A stretch of DNA of 32,000 nt, taken from NCBI RefSeq assembly GCF_000020025.1, contig NC_010628.1, positions 6,120,001 to 6,152,000 on the forward strand, read 5' to 3'. The notes under the pieces are model-generated. The model searched no databases. It worked only from the letters and a program-made list of their open reading frames with translations, and was not told where the DNA came from. The DNA is from Nostoc punctiforme PCC 73102. GTDB taxonomy: Bacteria; Cyanobacteriota; Cyanobacteriia; Cyanobacteriales; Nostocaceae. Shown here one piece after another: positions 1 to 7,098 of the stretch. A program made the position numbers and the translations under genes. Position 1 is the first letter of the stretch; the number at the start of each line of letters is the position of its first letter.

Positions 1-364
1 AATAAAGTTTGTCGTCTGATAACAAGCAATAGGCGGCGTAACAATGAGGCGCGGCTGATTCCGAAAATAACAGATTCGCCATCAGCTCTGGGGTGATTGT
101 TTCCCCATCTTCAACCAGTATTTCCCAAGCTACCTCTAAGCTAGATGGGTCTAAATAAGGGTTGACTTGCTCTAAAAAGCTCGCGATCTCAGAGGGCTTG
201 TAAGTTTGTCCGGTAACTGTATAAGTTATTTGTCTAGGCGCGAGGCTGTGGGATTGACCACGTTCGTCTACCACAAACCAGCGGGTTTTACCGTCTGGAC
301 GTTCTACGATCCCCAGACGGCGATCGCCTTGAACCCTAAATTCAACTAGCGTGCCCTTCTCCAC
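1..364 (-). CDS. RNase II/R-family 3'-5' exoribonuclease, N-terminal part; the gene continues beyond the window edge
   Basis: Manual minus-strand translation from GTG at 364 stays open to position 2: VEKGTLVEFRVQGDRRLGIVERPDGKTRWFVVDERGQSH...YLDPSSLEVAWEILVEDGETITPELMANLLFSE...CLLSDDKLY. It resembles the N-terminus of cyanobacterial RNase II-type proteins as I remember them. It is absent from the ORF track because there is no stop codon inside the window. Confidence 0.6.
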   Translation of the reverse strand, partial: MEKGTLVEFRVQGDRRLGIVERPDGKTRWFVVDERGQSHSLAPRQITYTVTGQTYKPSEIASFLEQVNPYLDPSSLEVAWEILVEDGETITPELMANLLFSESAAPHCYAAYCLLSDDKLY

Positions 365-636
365 AACTCTCGCGCTCTAATAATTTTAGATTTTGCTTCC
401 AACTTTGGTGCGCTTACAGCGCAACTTGGATTTTGGTGAAGCAGCGCGGTCTTGGGGGTTTCCCCCATGAGCGACTGCTGAACCCGAAGGGATTTTATAA
501 CTGGATGTTTATCAAATCCTAAATCCAACAATTTTTTATGCAGCAATTTATTTTACACTCTCTGATTCAGATTTGAGATTTTGGACTCAGAAAGACAAAG
601 CCAGATGTTTATTTAAATGCAGCTTCCCTTTAATAA

Positions 637-664
637 TCCAAAATCTAAAATTCCAAATCCAAAA
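637..664. repeat. Heptamer tandem array (TCCAAAA / TCTAAAA / TTCCAAA / TCCAAAA), STRR-like
   Basis: Four consecutive 7-nt units read directly from the sequence. The array ends 5 nt from the rpsR stop codon. Confidence 0.75.
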
Positions 665-669
665 TTGCT

Positions 670-885
670 CTAACCTTCCGCATTGATAAATGGCAACAAG
701 GCCACAATCCGCGAACGTTTAATTGCTAATGTCAACTCTCGCTGTTGCTGAGACGTAAGCCCAGTAATCCGCCGTGGCAGTATTTTACCCCGCTCGGTGA
801 CAAATTTACGCAATAAATCAACATCTTTATAATCGATTGGTTCTCCTGGCTTGATCGGAGAAAGACGACGACGGAAATAACTCAT
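670..885 (-). CDS. rpsR: 30S ribosomal protein S18
   Basis: 71-aa ORF: [64 protein letters not shown]. Sequence and length are typical of S18. Its ATG lies 2 nt after the rpmG stop. Confidence 0.95.
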   Translation of the reverse strand: MSYFRRRLSPIKPGEPIDYKDVDLLRKFVTERGKILPRRITGLTSQQQRELTLAIKRSRIVALLPFINAEG

Positions 886-887
886 CT

Positions 888-1082
888 CTACTTAATTTCC
901 TTGTGAACGGTATGTTTGTTGCAGTGGGTGCAGAACTTTTTCAGTTCTAGCCTGTTGGTGGTGTTGCGGCGATTCTTTGTACTGGTATAACGTGAAACAC
1001 CAGCAGAACGCTTATCTGAATTTGTCCGGCACTCAGTACACTCTAGTGTGATAATAATGCGGGCACCTTTACTCTTAGCCAT
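888..1082 (-). CDS. rpmG: 50S ribosomal protein L33
   Basis: 64-aa ORF: [21 protein letters not shown]...[34 protein letters not shown]. It has the CxxC...CxxC zinc-ribbon form of L33 and sits immediately upstream of rpsR. Confidence 0.95.
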   Translation of the reverse strand: MAKSKGARIIITLECTECRTNSDKRSAGVSRYTSTKNRRNTTNRLELKKFCTHCNKHTVHKEIK

Positions 1083-1125
1083 AATCTTACAAACAGTGAA
1101 GCCTGAAGAGAATTAACACAAATGA

Positions 1126-1683
1126 CTATCTTCTCACATTCCGCCGCATATTTTCAACTAATCTTTTAACTTTTATATCAAGTGAGTAGCCACGACGCGA
1201 CGAAACAATGAAAGTTCCACAATAGCGATCGTGCAAAGCCTGCCGCATCTGGGTATCAGAGAAGGCAGTCGCACAATCAATTGCCAGGGGAAGTACTAGC
1301 AGTATAGCAGTGGGATTGGCTCTAATATTGCTTAGGGCAATTGACACCAAAAGCGCACCTAAACCAACGATCGCCTCTCGTTTCACCAGCGAGAGCAAAT
1401 CTGGAATTCTGCCCACTACTTCACCATCTTCGACTTCCAACACCTTTAAATCGAACGCCCAACGCCCTAAACTTTGGCCTTGATTGTTGTATACCACCAA
1501 CACCCGTAAAACTAGCCAGAATATGACAAAAACTAAGATTTGCATAAATTGAATCCCGATATCGCCGCCTCCAAGTAGGGAACTGACTAACCAGACACCA
1601 AGGAAATCAAGCCCTAAAGCCATACCTCGCCGCCCAATTTCAGCCTTGGGATAGTGTTTTTGGGGAAGTCGTTCGATAGTCAT
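1126..1683 (-). CDS. RDD-family integral membrane protein
   Basis: 185 aa with several hydrophobic segments. The N-terminal RRGMALGLDFL motif and the C-terminal ALHDRYCGTFIV motif match the RDD family pattern. Same strand as rpmG-rpsR, 43 nt upstream. Confidence 0.65.
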   Translation of the reverse strand: MTIERLPQKHYPKAEIGRRGMALGLDFLGVWLVSSLLGGGDIGIQFMQILVFVIFWLVLRVLVVYNNQGQSLGRWAFDLKVLEVEDGEVVGRIPDLLSLVKREAIVGLGALLVSIALSNIRANPTAILLVLPLAIDCATAFSDTQMRQALHDRYCGTFIVSSRRGYSLDIKVKRLVENMRRNVRR

Positions 1684-1890
1684 ACAAAATAAGTATTTTT
1701 ATTTAGGGGTTGGAGAATAATCATTGCTCCTATTTTTTATCTTAAGGTGATGACTTGGCTTTGGCGTTTAAACCGTTACACCCATAGAAAAGTCCCATAG
1801 TTAGGGCGTTCATGCTGCCCATTGCACAAGAGTCTGTTTTGGAAAAATATCGTATTGTATTGTTGGAGAAACTATTTGGCAGTTGTATTT

Positions 1891-2517
1891 ATGACACATC
1901 TGTTTGCTAAAACAGCTATTAGGATGGTGACGAGTACTGCTTTAGCATTAGCGATCGCTATAACCACTCACGATCTAGCTGATGCTGCTGAGTTCAACTT
2001 TAACTGGAAGGGAGACAGTGGTTATTCAGCTAAAGGTTCATTTAACTACGATACAACAACCGCTCCAAGCGTTATTTCTGAAGCAGGTTTGGGAGCTACG
2101 AAGAACTTGCAGTCTCTCTCAATTTCTTTCTTCGATCCATTTAGTACTCCGATCAATAGTTTCACACCAGTGGTTAATAGTGTGGCTAACTATAGCTTTT
2201 TGAGATTTAACTTTGATAACACTACTCAGCAAATCTTTGGTCCCTTTGATATTGGCAAGGATGATGAACTTCCTGGCGACACCTGGCTTAATAATAATCT
2301 CGCACTCATAGATGAAGGTTTTAGCGATGAGGTTATAGCTAAAGAATTTGGTTTTAACAATAGAAATGCAGCAGGCACAAAGCAAATACTAGATTTAAGT
2401 AACAATGCCGTTCAAGTATCCAAAGTTCCCGAAGGAAGCATAATTATAGGTTTACTAGCAGTATGTAGTTTGGGATTGACTGCTCAGACAAACCTCTACA
2501 GAGCTAACCAAGAGTAG
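1891..2517 (+). CDS. Secreted hypothetical protein with a degenerate PEP-CTERM-like C-terminal anchor
   Basis: The ORF track starts at TTG 1822. ATG 1891 gives MTHLFAKTAIRMVTSTALALAIAITTHDLADA, which looks like a signal peptide. The C-terminus VPEGSIIIGLLAVCSLGL resembles the PEP-CTERM sorting signal but has PEG instead of PEP and only a weak basic tail. Confidence 0.5.
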   Translation: MTHLFAKTAIRMVTSTALALAIAITTHDLADAAEFNFNWKGDSGYSAKGSFNYDTTTAPSVISEAGLGATKNLQSLSISFFDPFSTPINSFTPVVNSVANYSFLRFNFDNTTQQIFGPFDIGKDDELPGDTWLNNNLALIDEGFSDEVIAKEFGFNNRNAAGTKQILDLSNNAVQVSKVPEGSIIIGLLAVCSLGLTAQTNLYRANQE

Positions 2518-2566
2518 ACTCAGTGCTACTTTACAGAGATGAAGTAAAAAGTCGGAGGCGATCGCT

Positions 2567-3832
2567 ATGGTATCAGTCAGCGATGCACAAGCAATTATTT
2601 TAGATTTAGTACAACCGTTGGATCTTCAACGGGATACAGAAGTTGTAGATTTATTGGCAGCCGATAGCCGGATTTTGGCAGTGCCTGTCACCAGTCCGCT
2701 AGATTTTCCCCATTGGGATAATTCGGCAATGGATGGTTACGCAGTTCGGTACGAAGATGTACAGCACTCTAGCGCTGAACAACCAGCCGTTTTAGAAATT
2801 GTTGAAGATATTCCGGCTGGGTATCAGCCTAAGTCTAGGATTCAATCAGGAGAAGCCGCGCGGATTTTCACAGGTGCGGTGATTCCAGCAGGTGCGGATA
2901 CTGTAGTCATGCAAGAGAGGACACGCCGCGAGGAAAACCGTGTATTTATCCTGGCTGCGCCACAACCGCAAGAATTTGTCAGACACAAAGCATCTTTTTA
3001 CCAAGCTGGAACACAACTGTTACCAGCCGGAATTAAGTTAAATGCCTCAGAAATAGCTGTATTGGCGGCAGCACAATGTCCACAATTAAATGTTTACCGC
3101 CGTCCGCGTGTGGCAATTTTTTCTACTGGTGATGAGTTGGTGACAGTTGATCAACCGTTACAACCAGGGCAGATTGTGGATTCCAATCAGTATGCGCTGG
3201 CAGCTTTGGTAAAGGAGAGTGGTGCAGAACCAATACTGTTAGGGATTGTGAAAGACGATCCAGTTACTCTGGAGAGAGTTATTGCCCATGCAGTTGCGAT
3301 CGCTGATATAGTTCTCTCTTCTGGTGGTGTATCAGTGGGAGATTATGATTATGTTGACAAAATTATAGAGTCATTAAGAGCCAAAATCCACATTCGATCT
3401 GTGGAAATGAGACCAGGGAAACCCCTTACTGTCGCCACTTTCCCTAGTACAGACGCGATTAATCGCGTCTCTCCTCATTCAGCCCTATACTTTGGTTTAC
3501 CAGGAAACCCTGCGGCTGTGTTGGTGACATTTTGGCGGTTTGTGCTACCAGCAATCAAGAAACTTTCGGGAATTACTGAAGGTTGGGAACCAGTGTTTTT
3601 GAAAGTGCGATCGCATGATGAATTGCGATCTGATGGCAAACGGGAAACTTACCTTTGGGGTAAATTGCATTTAATTAATGGTGTTTATGAATTTCACAAA
3701 GCTGGTGGTAGTCACAGTTCTGGAAATTTAATTAATTTGGCTCAAACTAATGCTTTAGCCGTTCTCCCGATGGGTAAAACATCAATTTACCCACAAGAAG
3801 AGGTGCAAGTTTTGCAGCTTAGTAATGGGTAA
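2567..3832 (+). CDS. moeA: Molybdopterin molybdenumtransferase MoeA
   Basis: 421 aa. Recognisable MoeA blocks are present: SPLDFPHWDNSAMDGYAV, IFTGAVIPAGADTVVMQE, FSTGDELV, SSGGVSVGDYDYV, MRPGKP and GLPGNPAA. Confidence 0.9.
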   Translation: MVSVSDAQAIILDLVQPLDLQRDTEVVDLLAADSRILAVPVTSPLDFPHWDNSAMDGYAVRYEDVQHSSAEQPAVLEIVEDIPAGYQPKSRIQSGEAARIFTGAVIPAGADTVVMQERTRREENRVFILAAPQPQEFVRHKASFYQAGTQLLPAGIKLNASEIAVLAAAQCPQLNVYRRPRVAIFSTGDELVTVDQPLQPGQIVDSNQYALAALVKESGAEPILLGIVKDDPVTLERVIAHAVAIADIVLSSGGVSVGDYDYVDKIIESLRAKIHIRSVEMRPGKPLTVATFPSTDAINRVSPHSALYFGLPGNPAAVLVTFWRFVLPAIKKLSGITEGWEPVFLKVRSHDELRSDGKRETYLWGKLHLINGVYEFHKAGGSHSSGNLINLAQTNALAVLPMGKTSIYPQEEVQVLQLSNG

Positions 3833-3834
3833 TA

Positions 3835-3945
3835 GGGAACTTGTACTGAGTTTCGACTGCGCTCAACTACCGCGCAGTCGTAAAGCCTGCGGCATAGCTA
3901 CGCTTAGGGCGCAGCCTCTCGTAGAGAAGTATGGGGAATGGGGAA
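3835..3945. repeat. Dispersed roughly 100-bp hairpin-forming intergenic element, copy 1 (inverted relative to copy at 15432-15522)
   Basis: The reverse complement of 3835-3945 aligns almost base-for-base with 15432-15522 (ttccccattccccatacttctct..gaggct.cgccctaagcgtagctatgccgcaggctttacgactgcgc...tcagtacaagttccc). This copy carries about 20 extra nt that complete a perfect 9-bp hairpin (cgactgcgc 3854-3862 / gcgcagtcg 3872-3880). It starts 3 nt after the moeA stop and may act as its terminator. Confidence 0.8.
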
Positions 3946-3963
3946 AATAACTAATGCTCAATC

Positions 3964-5196
3964 TTAAAATAACTGCTCAAAAGCTTCAATCAAGCTGTTA
4001 ACTTCCTCAAGGGTGTTGTAATGTACCATACTCACCCGGACTATTCCACCTTGCAAGGCTAATCCCAGATATTCAATAAGCCGTTTAGCATAAAAGTCTC
4101 CGTAGCGAATCCCAATGTAATGTTGGTCAATTTTTGCGGGAATGGTTGAGCTATTCATTCCATCAACTACAAAAGATATAGTCGGTACACGCAATTTTCG
4201 GTCAGCCTTGGATTGACCAATTACTCGCACATTCGGCTTGCTGTTGAGGTAGCTTAAGAGGCGATCGCTAAGTTCTTCTTCATGTATGCTAATTAAATCA
4301 AATGCTTGCACCATCTGACTTCTCAAATCAGGTGCAGTTTTATCGCCGTAGTGCAGTTGTGCTAATTCACTTAAATAATCACATAAGCCTAACATTCCAT
4401 AACTTAATTCAAAATTGACATTCCCTAACTGAAATTTATAAGGTATATCTGTCTGTTGAATAAAATAATGATTAAGTCCGGGCAATCTTAATAAATGTTC
4501 TTCTTTGCCATAAAGTAAGGCATGGTGTGGTCCGTAGACTTTATAAAAACTCAAAGCATAAAAATCAACATCCAAATCTTGTACATCAACTAATCTGTGG
4601 GGTGCATAAGCTACACCATCTACACAAATCATCGCGTTGCGATCGTGTACAAATGTAGCAATTTCTTTGATCGGGTTAATCGTTCCCAGAACATTAGAAG
4701 CATGAGTCAAGGTTACTAATTTGGTGCGAGGACTCATCAATGCTTCTAAATCTGCTAAATGAAGTTCTAAGGTATCTGGGCGAATTTGCCACACTTTAAC
4801 CTTAATTCCTTGTTTTTCTAAAGCCACCCAAGCACCAATATTGGCTTCATGGTCACAATTAGTAACAATAATTTCATCACCAGATGTAAAGGTTTGACCC
4901 AGACAAATTGAGAGAACTTTCAACATCATTGTCGTAGATGGGCCCATCACTACTTCTTTAAAAGAATTGGCATTAATCAAAATAGCCATTCCCCTAGTCG
5001 CTAAAGCCAATCTTTCTCCCGCAAGTTGAGAAACCGCATAAGAAGCTCCCAACTGAACATCAGAACTCAGGAGAAATTCGCTAATTCTATCTACTACTTT
5101 TTTCAGAGTTTGTGAACCGCCAGCATTATCAAAAAAAGTCCATTCACTAGCTAGCGCAGGAAAATATTGACGAACTTTATCAAGATTCAAAAGCAT
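3964..5196 (-). CDS. Class V aminotransferase-fold PLP enzyme (NifS/cysteine desulfurase-like, MOCOS-type SFYK lysine motif)
   Basis: 410 aa. Motifs seen: FFDNAGGSQ near the N-terminus, THASNVLGT, and DFYALSFYKVYGPH, where the K is the presumed PLP-binding lysine. Confidence 0.8.
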   Translation of the reverse strand: MLLNLDKVRQYFPALASEWTFFDNAGGSQTLKKVVDRISEFLLSSDVQLGASYAVSQLAGERLALATRGMAILINANSFKEVVMGPSTTMMLKVLSICLGQTFTSGDEIIVTNCDHEANIGAWVALEKQGIKVKVWQIRPDTLELHLADLEALMSPRTKLVTLTHASNVLGTINPIKEIATFVHDRNAMICVDGVAYAPHRLVDVQDLDVDFYALSFYKVYGPHHALLYGKEEHLLRLPGLNHYFIQQTDIPYKFQLGNVNFELSYGMLGLCDYLSELAQLHYGDKTAPDLRSQMVQAFDLISIHEEELSDRLLSYLNSKPNVRVIGQSKADRKLRVPTISFVVDGMNSSTIPAKIDQHYIGIRYGDFYAKRLIEYLGLALQGGIVRVSMVHYNTLEEVNSLIEAFEQLF

Positions 5197-5496
5197 AGTA
5201 TAAGTTTTGTAGAGAATGTTATTTACCCTAACCTACCTTTCGGCAAGTCGCCCAAAGAGTATCTACATCTGCTATTTACAGCTTCTTATGTTAGCGTTAT
5301 TGCTCTGCAAAAATCTCTCTTGGGGGGGTATACTGGGAAACTCAAAGAGTATCTTACTGAGATATCTAACTTCCAGCAAGAGTTAATGTCTTGATTCTTC
5401 ACAATTCTCCCTAATTTATTTGATAAGTTTAAGGTAGAGTCAAAGAAACTATTGCTTTGATTCTGAATTCCTTGATTGGAAATAAAGGAACGACCT

Positions 5497-5730
5497 ATGA
5501 ACACTACGATTAAATACGACATCGAAGTTATCAAGGAAGAAGCACTTCAACTTGTTAAAAAGAGACTTGTTAACCGTCAGCAACCGATTTATACCCTGTG
5601 TAAATATATTCCTCATCGTGACTGGGTTAATTTTGAACTTGAGTTAGAAAAAAACGAATTTCTACTCAGAGATAGAATTATCGACTTACTCAATCATGAA
5701 TCTTGGGAAGATGATGCAGGCTGTATCTAG
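5497..5730 (+). CDS. Hypothetical small protein (77 aa)
   Basis: ATG 5497 is preceded by aaaggaa, a Shine-Dalgarno-like sequence. The ORF track starts earlier, at TTG 5476. I recognise no family. A hairpin with a T-run follows 64 nt downstream. Confidence 0.4.
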   Translation: MNTTIKYDIEVIKEEALQLVKKRLVNRQQPIYTLCKYIPHRDWVNFELELEKNEFLLRDRIIDLLNHESWEDDAGCI

Positions 5731-5793
5731 AAGCAGTGCCCCATTAGCAGTATCCCCATAAAATCAAAATTAAAAATTCATTTTTCAGCATTT

Positions 5794-5821
5794 AAAACCC
5801 TCGAATTAAGTCGGGGGTTTT
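5794..5821 (+). terminator. Candidate intrinsic terminator hairpin
   Basis: AAAACCCTCGA-attaag-TCGGGGGTTTT. The 11-bp stem includes one G-U pair and A/T-run arms, so it could work in both directions. Confidence 0.45.
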
Positions 5822-5904
5822 AAACAAGAGATTATTGAAGTCAATAATAAATCTTAATGAATGGGTTAGACGCTGGAGAATAGCAGAAAAACAGTGCCAG
5901 CGTC

Positions 5905-5932
5905 ATTACGAATTACAAATTACGAATTGTTA
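5905..5932. repeat. Heptamer array ATTACGA/ATTACAA/ATTACGA/ATTGTTA
   Basis: Read directly from the sequence. The unit is the reverse complement, in a different phase, of the AATTCGT array at 15226-15253. Confidence 0.7.
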
Positions 5933-6143
5933 ATGACTGACTGAAAACAAGGCATCTATTAGCCATTCCTATGTAGAGGCGATTAATGAGAGAACAAATG
6001 GAAATCAAGCTTTTTTCGACTTGATATTTCTAGCCGTGTCAGTTAATACCTCATGGTTGAACTATAGCCTGACATTTTATGACAATTAATTACTGGAATT
6101 CCTGCCACGTAAATTAGACTAAGCTAATTCTAGTAAGTGGAGA

Positions 6144-6395
6144 TTACGCAGATAAATCTTGTAGTCCTATCCATTCTTTGATAGGTTGCCATTGGTTTGC
6201 GTAAACGGTAGCATTTTTACGTTTTTCTTTGTGGGGCTTTCTAGATATTTTCCCTATGACAGCTTCGGTGAATAAACTGGATTCGTTCAGATTATAAACG
6301 GGCATTTCTTGCCAGCAGTGGCGACAAAACCAGTAACTGTCTGCACCACGTATATGTTCTAAAAGTAAGCTTGAACAGCAAGGGCAGTAATTCAT
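6144..6395 (-). CDS. Small zinc-ribbon-like protein (83 aa), function unknown
   Basis: MNYCPCCSSLLLEHIRGADSYWFCRHCWQEMP carries two CxxC pairs about 17 residues apart, followed by a basic tail (KPHKEKRK). Confidence 0.5.
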   Translation of the reverse strand: MNYCPCCSSLLLEHIRGADSYWFCRHCWQEMPVYNLNESSLFTEAVIGKISRKPHKEKRKNATVYANQWQPIKEWIGLQDLSA

Positions 6396-7098
6396 ATTTT
6401 CCTCAAACCTGTTAATAAAAGTGTTCTTGCAAATCAGAGTAGTCAGTTGACAAGCACGTAGATATTTAAAACAACTTGTTTATATTTTGACTATAGTTTA
6501 AAAAAATGAGGAACTTGTGAAGAGATTTAAGATACTTAATATTTTTACAATTTTATACGTGCTTATTAAGTAATAACTTCAGGTTATTGAGAAAATTCTC
6601 TAATTATCTATAAATATGGGGCTTAAGAGCAACCTTACTAGTGGTGTGCCACCCTTATGATTGAAAAAAGATGTCAAACCCTTTTTCTTTATGGTTTCTG
6701 TCTCTTGAAAGTGTGGCTGGAGCCTTATCAATAAAGCCAAAAGTACAAATGTTCGGGTGCAAGGTTTTAATCTTTACACTATTCAATTAATTTCAAAGAT
6801 TTCATACTCATAAGACTACCAAGACCAGCAATTAGGGTAATCTCCTGAGATAGCAGATCATCTATCTCTAATTTGACAATAGAATGAGTTTAGCAATTCT
6901 AAAATTCTATCTACTTCCTGGTTTAGTTACTAACTTTTATCGTGTCGCCTGTGTTGGGTCTTGTAAGGTTTACAGGGCAAACAGTTGATTGATTGGCAAT
7001 TGCAGCAGAATAATTCTTGATTTTTAACAATTTGCTTACTCTAGCTTCTATTATTTCGTACTGATATCAAAAAGCTCATTAGCATTGACGAATGAACT

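Noticed and set aside
346-546. Track ORF, 66 aa, minus strand
   Set aside because: It overlaps the start of the RNase II-like gene in another frame. It is composed of the hairpin and repeat sequences of the spacer and has no family resemblance.
1341-2385. Track ORFs 1341..1526 (+), 1982..2203 (+), 2119..2385 (-)
   Set aside because: They are embedded in, or antisense to, the RDD and PEP-CTERM-like genes and have no independent support.
5167-5534. Track ORFs 5167..5394 (+) and 5286..5534 (-)
   Set aside because: They overlap each other, and they also overlap the 5' end of the aminotransferase gene or the start of the 77-aa ORF. They have no motifs and lie in AT-rich promoter-type DNA.
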